A stretch of DNA of 63,951 nt, filler included, from Craspedostauros australis (GCA_030167865.1; 14 parts of 14 records of this genome joined end to end with filler, not necessarily neighbours in it); one strand, 5' to 3'; positions 1 to 12,946 are shown, counted from the whole stretch's first letter. Notes: generated from the letters alone by a model not told the origin. Program-made: numbers and translations.

Positions 1-35
1 CTCACTCACTCACTCTTTATCACACGTACGAGTAG

Positions 36-2646
36 ACCATCGGTGACTGCTATGTAGCCGCAACTGGCCTTCCCGAACAGCAGGAGCACCATGCTCTCAT
101 CATGGCCAAGTTCGCACGCGATTGCTTGGCGAAGATGTCCAGCGTCCTCAGGCGCCTTGAGGTGTCGCTCGGTCCTGACACAGTCGAGCTGGGCATGCGC
201 GTTGGCATCAACTCTGGCCCAGTCACTGCGGGCGTCCTGCGTGGAGAGAAGTCCAGATTCCAGCTCTTCGGTGACACAGTCAACACGGCGGCGCGGATGG
301 AGTCCACCGGCAAGAAGCACAAGATTCACCTCTCCGCGTCCGCCGCAACCAGCATTACCGCATCCATGGAGGCATCCGAGAAAACTCAGAACATATGGAT
401 TATGCCACGCAACGAGCCAATCGATGTCAAGGGCAAGGGGCAGATGGAGACGTTCTGGTTGGCGTACGGGTCACTGAGCACGGGGTCTGCGACGTCCAGC
501 ACTGTTGGAGGCACACCGCAAATCCAAAAACGAAAGTTCCCTCAACGCCGCCTCAGCGGATTGGGAGGTGTATCGGAACATGAGCCGCTGACGCAGCCAA
601 TAGATGATGGCAGTGCGCCAGCTCCACTTCAACAGAAAACACTTTCGATGAAACCAAGCTCCTCCAACGGAAGCCTCAGCAGCTTCGGTGACAGCGTCGA
701 CGCAGTCTCAACAACTCGCTCGTCGTACGGCTCACAAGCGAATCGAAGTACGAGTACGGATGACGACGATGACAGCAGCAGCGAGTCTGCAGAGATGCCC
801 GAGTTTCTTCGGGAGAGTGTCATCGACAGACGAGAACGCTTGATCGATTGGAACGTCGACGTGCTGCGTGAGTTGCTCCAGAAGATCGTGGCCATGCGAC
901 GTGGCCATTCCAACAATAGCACCACGTCGCTGCAAGCCACAGTCCAGCAGCAGGCAGAGCTTCGGGACCTGGAGAAGGAACATCACGATTCCATCAAGTA
1001 CAGCATCCTCGACGAGGTTCAGGAGATTATCGAACTCCCCAACAAGCCAGCGAAGTACGGCACCGACCCACAGTCCGTCCACCTGGATGATGCCGTCGTG
1101 GCGGAGTTGCGAGACTTCGTGTCGAGGATCTGCTACATGTACCGCGACAACAGCTTCCATTGCTTTGAGCATGCCAGGTGAGTATTGGCATCATGCTATG
1201 CTATACGTATGGTCGTTTTGTGTTATTGTTTTGTTCAGGTCTTGGAGATGGCAACGGCACAGATGGCGGCAGTGATGACTGTTCAATCTTGTGGCAACTC
1301 CACTCATGCCCGTACATCTCACTCTTGTCATGCCTGCTTGATCGACGAATCGTTTTGTGCTACGTTGCCCTTTTCTGCTCCACTCCGTCCGCAATGCTCA
1401 AATCGTTCCACCATGCACTGTATGAACATCCGCACACCTCAGCCACGTGACGCAATCTGTGATCAAGTTGATTCACAGAGTCGTCACGCCGGACTCCATT
1501 GATTACAAGAAGATGGCATACACGAAGACCGCTACGAAGACGTTGCACCAGTACACGTACGGTATCACATCCGATCCATTGACGCAGTTCTCCGTTGCCC
1601 TCTCGGCCTTGATCCATGACGTGGATCATCCTGGCGTCCCCAACGCACAGCTGTGCAAGGAACGCGATCCCGACGCCGTGCGCTACAAGTTTCAGAGCGT
1701 CGCCGAGCAGAACTCGATCGACCTTGGCTGGGACTTGCTGATGGCGCCCCAGTACGAGGCCCTGCGTGCTTGCATCTACAGTAATTGCGAAGAATTCAAC
1801 CGCTTCCGCCAGCTGATCGTCAACACCGTCATGGCCACGGACATCGTGGACAAGGAGCTCGGCTTGCTCCGTAAGAAGCGCTGGGAGACGGCCTTCGCCA
1901 ATGTCCAACCCAAGCACCCTGGTTCGGCACCGGCAACGCCCGTCCCGCCCAAGAAGAAGATCTTGAAGAAGCACAGCAAGCAATTCAAAACGCCATCTCC
2001 GGTCAAGCCCGGCGGCGTGAGATCGTCGGTGACAAGCATCGACTTTTCCGGCAAAATGACCGAGACCATCTTGCAGAAGGTGCCGCATCTGGATCTGCGA
2101 AGCCCAATCAAACACAACACCATCAACGTCCATGGCAACGGCAACGGCAACGGCAACAGCGCTAACCCCAATAAGGCCGACAACAACAAAGACAACCTCC
2201 TGCTATCACCCATCACCATCCCGAAGTCCATGTCCTCACTGAATCCATCCAACCACACCAACGTCTCCGAAACGACGCGCAACGACATGAACCGCAAGGC
2301 CACCGTCGTGATCGAGCATCTGATCCAAGCCTCCGACGTGTCGCATACGATGCAGCATTGGCACGTGTACTTGAAATGGAACGAGCGTTTCTTCGAGGAA
2401 TGCGCCATGGCGTACAAGGAAGGCCGCGCAGGACGCGATCCTGCCAAGAATTGGTACACGGGCGAGCTTGGATTCTTCGATCATTACATCATCCCGCTGG
2501 CCAAGAAGCTGAAGGATTGCGGCGTGTTTGGCGTGGCGTCGGACGAGTACCTGAACTACGCGACGGCGAATCGCAAGGAGTGGGAAGCGAAAGGCCAGAC
2601 GATTGTGGAAGAGTACGTCAGGAGGTTTCAGCAGAAGAATGGATGA
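36..2646 (+). CDS. Class III nucleotide cyclase fused to a cyclic-nucleotide phosphodiesterase domain; 5'-partial; join(<36..1177,1443..2646)
   Basis: Acceptor AG at 34-35 is followed by TIGDCYVAATGLP. Cyclase motifs MRVGINSGPVTAGVLRG, RFQLFGDTVNTAARMES and VKGKGQMETFWL. The GT-AG intron 1178-1442 joins FEHA/S/HVTQ in frame. PDE motifs HDVDHPG, MATD, QASDVSH and GFFDHYIIPLA. Confidence 0.92.
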
Positions 2647-3599
2647 ATAGATTGATAGATCAATCGATGAATGAATGCGCATAGCCACTGCAAGGTGTCC
2701 GAGGGAACGTTGTATTCTCTCAAGCGAGAGATTAGAGGGAAGGGGAAGTACAAATGTACATAATCGTCAAGTATCATATGTAAATCGAGTGTTGATTGAC
2801 TGAAAGAGCTGACATGTTCCTGATACTACGTTCGTTCTGTCACAAGCCATGGGACACGAGCAGGCATGAATGAACCCTACGAACTGCACCAAACCGTAAA
2901 CTGTTCGCGATAAGACCCGTGTGAGCGAGTGGACCAACCTTTGGTAAAGTAAAGTGGCACTTTTTCTTCGATTTAAACAGAACCAAGCATATAAACCAAC
3001 TCATCATAGTCTCCATAGCAACAGGAAAATTACCCATAACCTTGCGGTCCGTAGTTTAGGTTTTATGGACCTGTCAATGTGCACATTATTGGACTACTTC
3101 TAAACATCAGCCATAGACATTCGACAAATGCGATCCAAAATAACGAGTTGGGACACACTAGCCCCACAACCGATTTTGAGCTTTGAGTCCAATCAAGTGA
3201 GTCCTCGTATGAGCAACATTAATTTGCTTGCTCGACATCAGGACCCACTGACACGCACGAAACATGCAACAAGGACACAGTGGATAACCGAGCAAGACGG
3301 GGTGCAAAATCAGCCACTTGCTATGCTCTCATGACGATCTGATCTTGCACTCTGTCCATCACCATCTGCTCTGACACAAGCAGCCCTCCATCTGCAAGTG
3401 CATTGCTTCCTTCTATCATCTGTTACTGCAACCAATCAGATTGTAGATCTCAGCAAGACCGGAATAGCTCTTCCTTGCTCTGAATCAGAAGATTCGGGTC
3501 AGATCTCCAAAGAAAGGATATGCATCAACTGCTCTACAGGAGTAGGTGCGGTTCTGTTTGGATTCTACCAAAGGACAGCAAATCCCATGGCTTTGCATG

Positions 3600-4409
3600 T
3601 GTTGGCAAGTTCCGTGATTGGAAGCCTACGATCGGGGAAGATGGTATTGGTTGATAGTCGTTCGTTTGCTATTTCATTACGTTGGCACTCCGATCCTCTC
3701 GGTGTCTGTCCTCTTGCCTGATGCTCTCGGCACTTCAATCTGTTTCGTAGATTGAGTCTCCAACTATGAGTCAGTACGTGAGATGCTCTCTTGCCACTCT
3801 TCGTATTCTCTCTCTCTCTCTCTCAATATCGTGTACTCGTGCCACATGATATCTCGCGTTCGATGCATACTCCGCATTCAACACTCCGTTCGTTCCTTAC
3901 TAGTTCCTACTCCATGAGTACTTACCATTTGAACTTCACCTCTCGTATCCATGATCCTGATGTCCTTCGGTCATCGGATCTTCGCCTCCTGCTCTGACAT
4001 GGAGACAGATGTCAACGTGGTGACATGATGACATCCTGTCGACATCAGTAAGCGTTCTTCTGCTCTCCAGATGTCACGTTCCATTGGTGATGCAATGGTT
4101 TGGCAGATGATATTGTCATCTGAGGTTTAGTTGGGAGGTACATCGAGTTTCGCTCGATACCATACGTTTCCATTGATGGATGGATGGACGGACAATGTTC
4201 CTGATTCTCTCAGAAATCGTTGATTGCAAATTTCCTCCAGAAATTCTGCTCATTTTCGTGTGTTCCATTTCCACTGTGATTCTGACCAATCGCAGCATAC
4301 TATTGACACGAATGTAGTTGTACCGTACAAGTACGTATAAGAGAATATCGGGTGAACGATGCGCATATGCACGTACATCTTGACATATATATGTATTTAC
4401 ATCTCGACA
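3600..4409 (-). mobile_element. Solo LTR of a Ty1/copia family (810 bp, TG...CA) flanked by a CATG direct repeat
   Basis: Colinear with and the same length as the LTR at 52121-52930, which abuts a PPT and RNase H. Begins TGTTGGCAAG and ends TCTCGACA. CATG lies at 3596-3599 and 4410-4413. No internal domain on either side. Confidence 0.88.
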
Positions 4410-6263
4410 CATGTACGCAGAGAGCTGATGTTGTAGGACATCAAAACTGCTAGCATACTTGAGCTGGATAGTGGGATGGTCAGGATGGATGATTCTCTTG
4501 CCCTGGAGCTTGCCTATCAGCTTGCAGCTCATGGAGAAGACACAAGAGCCATGGACGTTCCTGGGAATCACTGCTGTGCTGGGGTACAACAAATTGAATG
4601 AGCAAAAGTGGACATCCACCAATGTCACAGCAGCATGGAGCTGCGCGTACCACAAGAAGACTCGGTCGAGTGTATCATCCGCAACCTTGATCTGCTGTCT
4701 CTTCCGATCGCTTTTGGGGAACAAGGTTCATCCAACGGTTTGACCCGATTGTCCGTTCAGGACAGGTCATGTCACGCCCATAAGTGGTGTGGGATGGCAC
4801 GATCGCCCAAACCCAAATTCAGCGGACACGCGACATCGTCTTAAGTAGAGCACGATTCGAGGGAGGGACCCCATCCCACCGTCATCGAGTCACGCTTCAA
4901 TCTCGCTCAAGCATTCTGAGCAGTTGGGCAGTTGACTAACTAGACTAAATATAATCACGACTAATGGGAATACTAGTTTGAGCTAATAGAGTTCATCAGC
5001 TTGATGTGTAGGATGAAGAAACGATGTTCGGTCAGATGGTGCAGCTCTGCACTGACCTTCAGAGGTTCAGTGCTGAGAACGGACAAGGCTTCTCTCTCTC
5101 TCTCTCTGTCTGCTATGTGCAGTAGTTGTTCTATGCTCGAGTACAAAGCCTTGACATCTTGATTGAGGTTGTGATTGAGAACATAGGTTGTCAGGTAACA
5201 GGAATTGCAGTTGGATTCCCTGCTCATGTTGAAGCAGAGCGGATCTCCTTGTCATTGTCGTGTGGAGTTGCTAGTTGGCATGGCTGACGCTGGAATCGAG
5301 ATGAACTGTGACACAAGGATTCAGGGGAGCATAGTTCCCGGAGTGCGATGAGTCCAGTGAATCAAGTGGTTTGAGTCGGCGATGATTCGAGGATGAGATC
5401 GGGAGGTGGGGAGAAAGGAGGGTTTTCATAGTTGTTGGTGGAAGGTTGTTCGCCCCAAAATAGCGCGTCAAAACAATTTCATGGTGCGACATGGAACACA
5501 CTAAGTGGAAAGTAGTCTGTTCTTTAGATGAACTTCAACTGATAGCATATCGACAACGTGTAGAGAGACACGGATGGTACGTGAACGTCTGCACAACACA
5601 CTTCCCCGACAATCAAGATGCTGCCTCGACTGCTCGTACAGATCGGGTCAACGATCGCAGGATACCATCAATACCACGTCCTCGTCCGATGATGTTGGTT
5701 GTTGTGGGAACCTCCTGGCATTGCGATAAGAATATGCTATTCCTTTTTTAAATGCACCGCTTTCACGCTCTCTCTCTGTCTCTCTGGTTGCCGAGAGAAG
5801 TATTGTCCTCCTTTTGAAATCCGACAAGGTCGGAGGATGGAGTTCCAACGAACCACGCTGGTCGGAGAGGCAAGAGCAACGATATCCCAGAAAAGTCGGA
5901 CTTTGCGCTGCCTTCAGCATCAAGTTCGCTCGCGTTGTCAAACAACACTCGCATCAAGCAACACGATGGTGAAAGGCGGCAAGCATGTCAACTCACACCA
6001 ACACAAGGCACGAACTACTCATGCTCACAATTCCTCATGCTCACAATTCCACAAACAAGACTCTTCCCACCATTCGATCTGCTTCTTCCGTATCGCCATC
6101 TGCATCGGCAAGCACGGCACTGATCTTCGACGTTCGTCCAACGCCCTCCACCCATCTATCAGTTGGTGTACAGGTACGTCTCGCTTCACAGCACGAATAC
6201 ATACTGCAGTGACTATTCCCAAGGACTCGTCGGGCAGACCACGCCACCACCACCATCATCATC

Positions 6264-8009
6264 ATGTCAAGAGTGACTGAGAAAGACCTTGCGGGTGCGG
6301 CCGAACAGGGAGACATGGAAACCGTCAAGTTGTGGAAAGAGCAAAACCCGAGCAACTCCAAGGATTCATCCAAGATTCCAAACGGGGACAAGCTGCTGTA
6401 CACCGCATGCAAGCACGGCCATCTCGACTTTGCGAAGTACATGATTGGATCATGCGGAGCGAATCCCAGCGCCCCCATCGATGGCCGGTACACCTGCACT
6501 GCAGTCTTTGCTGCCTGCGATCATCCAACTCCCACAATCTTGGAGTATTTGATCACATCAGGAAGAGTTGATGTCAGGCGTGAGGATGGCAATAGAAGAA
6601 CAGTGCTGCACCATGCAAGCCAAAAAGGATTTGTCGATGTCGTGAAGCAGTTGCTGTCATTGAGAGAAATGGACGTCAATCGTCAAGACGACTGTGGGAG
6701 AACGGCGTTCCACCTTGCCTGCGAAGAGGGACATTTCGAGATTGTGAAGTGTCTCGTGGCTTCAGGAAGAGCAGACCTCGACCTTCGAGATCGCGATTAC
6801 ACGACAGGGTTTTGGCGCACTGTCGAGAAGGGGCACCTGAACATTGCGAAGTTCTTGATCAAGTCAGTTGCAGCAGAACCCACACCTAACCTGAAAAGAA
6901 GCAAGCACGCACTTAACTCAGCATGCGAACAGGGATGGTTCGACACTGTCAAAGAGTTCATAGAGGCATCCGAGCTGAATTCGGAGTTCCAAGAGATTGT
7001 TGGGATGAATGCATTTCTGGGTGCATGGGAGCGGGGCCAAAGGGATATTACGGAGTACCTGATGAATTCGGGCGCAGTTGATGTGAACAGCAAGGGTGAC
7101 TATGGTCGGTCTCTTCTCCACATCGCATGCCGCGACAATGACGTACGTCTGGTGACGTACTTGGTGGAGTCACACAGTGCGGACGTTAGCATTGAGGACG
7201 AGTGGGGCAGCCTTCCATTCCACTATGCATGCCGAAGCAGATCCAAGGATGTCAGGGAGTACTTCATGGAGTCACACAATGTCGACATCAACGTTCAAAA
7301 CAAGAATGGCGACACTGCACTCCATCAAGCGTTCAAAGACCCTGATGGTGTCTCTTCTGGGTTGGCGAAGTACTTGATCGAATCATGTGAGATAGATCTC
7401 ACCATCGAGAACAATGATGGCAAGACAGCGTTTGAGAGTATGGATCATGAACCAGAGACAGATGGCTGGAAGTTAAGGGATGCGATGTACTGGGGCGAAG
7501 AATACCTGGACTTTGCTCGCATGTTCCACAATGAATTGATACGAAAGATTGAACAGGAACGGGAGAGGAAATCCAACCACCCATCACAAAACAACATGTC
7601 GGGCCCGGAGCCTGGTCGCGATCAGCATGGGCCTCATGCTCTTCGCGAACAGGCGGTGTCCGATCTCACCTTCTTGGCTGGATCCGGTGAAGTCCAAGAA
7701 GCAATCAAAGCAAAGAGCACAATCCTTCTATTGGCTCAACCATCCATCAAAGCAATCATCGACTCCGGTAGCGTCCATACTCGTACAAGTCCAGAAGACG
7801 GCACCCAACACACAACCATCAACCTTTCTCAACATCACCCGAAGCACGTCCGTGGAGTTCTTCAATGCATCTGTTTTGGTGACATGTCATTCATCAAGGC
7901 TGGCGAGATGGCCAATGAGAGCGATCTCCAAGGCTTGCTGTTGGCGGCAAAGCAGTTTGGATGCTCAGAGCTGAAGGTAGCCATCGAAGAAGAACTAGCG
8001 GAGAAGTGA
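6264..8009 (+). CDS. Ankyrin-repeat protein with a C-terminal BTB/POZ-like domain (581 aa)
   Basis: Multiple ankyrin repeats (RTVLHHASQKGFVDVVKQLL, GRTAFHLACEEGHFEIVKCLV, GRSLLHIAC, GDTALHQA). The C-terminus SDLTFLAG...KAKSTILL...LLLAAKQFGCSELKVAIEEEL follows the BTB pattern. Confidence 0.88.
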   Translation: MSRVTEKDLAGAAEQGDMETVKLWKEQNPSNSKDSSKIPNGDKLLYTACKHGHLDFAKYMIGSCGANPSAPIDGRYTCTAVFAACDHPTPTILEYLITSGRVDVRREDGNRRTVLHHASQKGFVDVVKQLLSLREMDVNRQDDCGRTAFHLACEEGHFEIVKCLVASGRADLDLRDRDYTTGFWRTVEKGHLNIAKFLIKSVAAEPTPNLKRSKHALNSACEQGWFDTVKEFIEASELNSEFQEIVGMNAFLGAWERGQRDITEYLMNSGAVDVNSKGDYGRSLLHIACRDNDVRLVTYLVESHSADVSIEDEWGSLPFHYACRSRSKDVREYFMESHNVDINVQNKNGDTALHQAFKDPDGVSSGLAKYLIESCEIDLTIENNDGKTAFESMDHEPETDGWKLRDAMYWGEEYLDFARMFHNELIRKIEQERERKSNHPSQNNMSGPEPGRDQHGPHALREQAVSDLTFLAGSGEVQEAIKAKSTILLLAQPSIKAIIDSGSVHTRTSPEDGTQHTTINLSQHHPKHVRGVLQCICFGDMSFIKAGEMANESDLQGLLLAAKQFGCSELKVAIEEELAEK

Positions 8010-8424
8010 GAAGGTGGTGAAATAGAGTGGAGTGCGGTATTGAGTTGTGCAATAAACAATAGTCGTATGAATGGAGTATGGTCATCTGGTGTGGTGTTGT
8101 TGTTTTGCTTTCCCCTTGCGTTGTATAGTAGTCTATATCCCAGTTGATCCTCAAGTTGTGGTTGTTCTTGTGCACATCCATCATCCTTCTCCTGTTGCGC
8201 GGATGTGTGCGGATGCGAAGGTCCATTCTGGCAGAGACTCTCCGCGAAAGCTGCGAGCCCTGCACCCGTTCCGTTCCATCCAGTTCCGTCCAGTTCGACC
8301 AACTCCATTTAGGATCTGCGTGGTCCGACCAAGCTCCAGACAAAGATGGATGAGTCGATCGTGGGCAATCTTCGCTTGACACAACAAGCGGTTTGCTGTC
8401 CTGTGTTCTGCTCGGCTTGCTCCG

Positions 8425-8524
8425 NNNNNNNNNNNNNNNNNNNNNNNNNNNNNNNNNNNNNNNNNNNNTTAATTAATTAANNNNNNNNNNNNNNNNNNNN
8501 NNNNNNNNNNNNNNNNNNNNNNNN
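8425..8524. other. Artificial contig-joining spacer, one of 13
   Basis: 44 N + TTAATTAATTAA (stops in all six frames) + 44 N. Identical spacers at 12847-12946, 20759-20858, 24586-24685, 26918-27017, 33437-33536, 38368-38467, 45586-45685, 47793-47892, 53233-53332, 55214-55313, 57140-57239 and 62394-62493. Confidence 0.99.
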
Positions 8525-9896
8525 CATCCTCCATTTTTTTCTTTTCGGAGAACCTCAAAACCAACACACAAGCTTGGAGAATCACATCGATGCTGGCAGA
8601 CATGGCGTTGACCACAGACAGCGCTGTTCCTGACACTACCAGCATCGTACCTTCATGAAGAATCGGACGATGGATCATTATGCCACATCAGGATATCAGC
8701 GCAGAGCTTTCAGGAATGCAATCCGATACTGCAATTTGTGTAACTTCTCTTGAATTGACGCCAGTGGATCCCCGCAACGAGTCCACCGATTACCAAGCAA
8801 CACAGAAGCGAAACAAGAGCTTGACAAAGGCCTTGCCGATACACTCGGCGGCCTCACCTGCAACATGATCAACGCCATCTCCAACAAAGGGGCGAACGCG
8901 ATTTTGCTGACATCCAGACCCCAACATCCGCCAAAACAGCAACTGCGAACCCCCTTCGTTATCCATCTGCCTCTCTGTTGGTGCCGATTCCACATCTCCA
9001 CCAGCGCCAACAGGGTTGCGACCAATCCACACTTCGCCATTCCGACGGCTACAGCAAGAGAACGAACCACACAACAGAACAAAATGGACACAAGCTGCGG
9101 ATTGGTGATTACCGATGCATTCACAACACGACTGTTCAATCACATCGCACACAAAGTGATCCCACACTACGTCACTGTGGCCAAAGAGACTCCCAAAGCG
9201 GGTGGAACCCGTCATCGTTGCGGTTCTCTCTCTGTCTCACCACTCGTATCTCGTGCATCTCACATCTCCAACGCTGATCCATCTACTCAACCAAATTGCA
9301 CGCCGATTCGTCGGGCAGAACCAGCAACTACTGCACTCTGAGCGATCGCACGCGCAATGCGGTTCCGCTCACATCTCTCGAGAGGCTGCATGCATATGGT
9401 CACAATGCTCGTGTGTTGACACATTTGTAAACTGTTCCATGGGTAAACGCTCTTGCGACCAATCAAGCAAGCAAATCATATAATACCATTCAATCAAAGC
9501 GCGTGGATGGAGGCAACAAAATGAGTACTACTACATGTATACTAACCGATGGTATCTCCCGCGTCTTCAACTGCACATACAGACACGCAGAACGAACGAT
9601 AGCGATATGAATATAATAGAGTACCCTGCACTGTGTCAACTCACCCAATATGCTCGCTCGTGGAATGGAGAGACAACAGCATCGCCACATCCTCATCGAG
9701 GCACCGAATGAAGTCTCACCGCTCTTTAGACTTGGGGCGATCACAAGAGCGATGCGATTATATGTGCGGACGTTTTAGTTCCATAAGGTACACTACCACC
9801 TCTCCTGTTAGAATGTGACCATCTCCAGCAAAGTAAAAAATGATGTAAATTTGTGTACTAGAGTGGTAATGTACGAGAAATGCCTGCGCATAGCCT

Positions 9897-11738
9897 TCAC
9901 CGATTGCCTTCGAACATACGACATAGCTCGTCTGCCCCAAGCATGGTAAACGTGCCAGCCATCATATCATCGCCAAGTGCCGGTCCTGCTTCGAATTCGC
10001 TCTCTGACAGCAGTTCGAATGCTTCAAGCTCCAAGCTGCAGCCATCAGAGGAATCTGACACGGGCGCGTGGAGAAAGCTGTCCAGCAAGAAGTGATCGTT
10101 TTCGTCACTGGTGTTGATGAACTTCTTGGGTTCTTGCTTCATTTCATGGCTTTCGTGATTGCCGAAGCTGTCAAAAAAGGCTGGATGAGACTCGCCATTG
10201 TCGACCATTATGTTCGACACTGACAACACAGCGTTTGCATCACTATCGCGGACAACCAAAGGAGCATCCTGCGCTGCACTTTCACACTTCGAAGGGAGAT
10301 TGTGGCTCTCCGTGCTAACAGTGTGCTCCAAATGATGGTCAAAGGCTACGGGTTGGTGGCTGTGGAGGTTGCTGCATTGCTCTTCGTGCATTGCCATTAC
10401 GCTGTCTTTGCTGGTGTTGCTTGTACCATGGTAGTTTGCGACATTTGTCATCTGCTGTATCACCGGCGTGGCCAGTATGCCCGAACTCGGGACTTGAACC
10501 GTCGTGATTGGAACATCGCGGCTTCCAGCATCCAGTTGGTGGTGGTTGGGAGCCTGAGTGCCCAACGGGGGCATAGGAGCAGGAGCGATTGGCACCAATT
10601 GGCGACGGGGATTCGGCTTCGGCTCTAACGGTGTTGGAACGGAAGGGTCGAAGGCCGCATTCGCGGTCATTGAGGAATCTCCCACGGAAATTATTGAGCT
10701 GGACTGTTGGAGGGTACCCAGCTGCTGCTGTTTGAAATGACAGAGGCCACAGAACTTCGGGTTCTTGTTGGGGACTTTTTTGATCTTGGTCCTCACCATG
10801 CTATGGCTCAGCATTGGTGCGCCTCGGACGAACAGATGGTGGAAGTCTGGAGTGGACGATATGACATGGGAGGGTGGAAGGGTAGGAGGATCCAGATACA
10901 TACAGGTCGGAGGATGAGGTCGAAGGATAAAGTCGAGGGATCGTGTGAGCCATGGGAGAGTAACATAGGGTATGGTGATGCAGTAGAGGAATGGATCATG
11001 CAGTACCGTACACGCAAGTGAAATAGCAGTACATTGATCCTCCGGAACAGATCGGGACACAAGGCGACGCTGGACGAGACACAACAAGCCAAACGAGAGC
11101 GTGGTGCGAACAGAAGCCCCACATTACAACAGACTCGATCCAACACAGCTCAATCACACCCAGTTGAACTTACATGATCCTTTCAGCGCCTTGCCGCAGC
11201 ACGGGCGGCACGTGCTGAAGCCCCAAAGGTTGAGCGATCTGACGAAGCTCTTGTACTTGGACTGGCGCACGTACTTCGGCAAGATCATCTCGAGGAAGAG
11301 CTTGCGCTGATGCACCTTGAAGACACGACCGCATGGCATCCAAGAGATGACGGAGGTGAGACCATCCCTCTCGGCGTCTGCGAGTAGCTTGTGCAGCATC
11401 CATGGGAACTGGGGCTCTCCGCCTCTGTAGGTTTTCGGAACGGTCGCATTTGTGCTCTTCTTATTCCCCTTCCTCCTGCTCTTTCCTGTCGGCTTTTTGT
11501 TTGGGATCATTTCAGCAGGTGCTTGTGGATGTTCCGCAACAGCGCTCGCGGATGCCATGTTAGGACAGGCTGTAGTGAGGCAATTGTCAGGAAGTATGAA
11601 CTGAGTTTGTTGAGGGGCAGGGCCTAATGCAGTCCCAGACTGCATTTGTATGGGTTGGAATGTCTGCGTATTCATCTCAGCGAAGGTATTCGGATACTTG
11701 GCGGTGGAGGTGGATGTGGATGCGAGTAGCGTCGTCAT
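9897..11738 (-). CDS. HSF: Heat-shock-factor-type transcription factor, variant A; complement(join(9897..10846,11174..11738))
   Basis: HSF DNA-binding domain FPWMLHKLL...VISWMPCGRVFKVH...ILPKY...KYKSFVRSLNLWGF. A phase-1 intron (GTAAGT at 11173, AG at 10848-10847) gives GSYFHHLFVRG...MVRTKIK. Acidic C-terminus. Confidence 0.9.
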
Positions 11739-12946
11739 GTAGGCCGCGAGCTTGTGTCTCTGAGGCTGTGCTGGTGCTGGTGCTATTGCTGGTAGTGGGA
11801 GTGGTAGTAGTAGTGGTGATGCGACTACTGTTGGTGGTGGTGGCGATGTTTCATGCCCCGCGATGGAATTTGGATGTTGTGTTTGTGAAAAGCTGGAAAG
11901 CCAGTGCCGTTACGCGAAGTTATGCGCGTTCGGGGACCGTCTTTCGCACACTGGGGTGTGTTGGGAGATCTGATCGGCGGCCTGGGGCAAAGCGCGACGT
12001 CCAGATGAAAAGAGCGAGACAGTCGGCGGCGAATAACAAAGATGACGAGATGATACAGGAGCGACAGCAAGCGTGGATGGTGCCAGGAGCGATTGGTTGC
12101 AGCTGTTAGTCTCGTATATTTGCGCGTAGCCAATGGATGGTTGGTGGACGAGGACGCGAGCAACAATTGAGGCGATGCGGCTGCTGCACGACTACCCTTG
12201 CCTCATGCGCACTGTTTCCATGCGCTTTGATTGTGTTTGTGTTTGGTTTGGATTGGCTGTTTGTGGTTGTACGAGTAGCTCGTATTTATAGTCGTACGCG
12301 AGTGGTACAGGAGAGATGGATCAGGTTGGCTGGTTGGCTATCCCTGGGCGGGAACAGTCCCCAGTGCAGCAAGTGAATACTTGTACGGCTGCGAACAACC
12401 AGAATTATCGAAATTGGTACTGACACACGTACGCGGATTGTACGCACGAGCAGTGGGAGGTACGATCAGAGCCAAGCGTGCAACATGTCGTTCCCAAACG
12501 ATCTAGTCTGCACAACAGCACACGGATTCCTCCGTGGCACCAACACCAAACCCATCTGTTGGTCGCAACTCTCCGCCACCATCATGGGAAGCGCGGTAAA
12601 GACACCACATGTGTCGATTTGTACTTTATTCACGCTTGAAGCGTGTTGTGCCGTGCTTTGTTCGTTTGGATCATCGACTCATGCGACTACTAGAGCACGC
12701 CTTTCCCGTGTCGGCGTGATGTTGCGCTTATTGATGTGCGTGCCCTGGGCGTTGTCCAGCACCCATGTGAACGTGCCAATGACGTCCGCTTTGCTCTCCT
12801 TCCATCCCCTCGTGTCTGCTCCAAGACATCCCCATTCCCATACACGNNNNNNNNNNNNNNNNNNNNNNNNNNNNNNNNNNNNNNNNNNNNTTAATTAATT
12901 AANNNNNNNNNNNNNNNNNNNNNNNNNNNNNNNNNNNNNNNNNNNN

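Noticed and set aside
4116..4724. 202-aa minus-strand ORF
   Set aside because: Runs from flanking DNA into the solo LTR and has no recognisable motif; a chance read-through.
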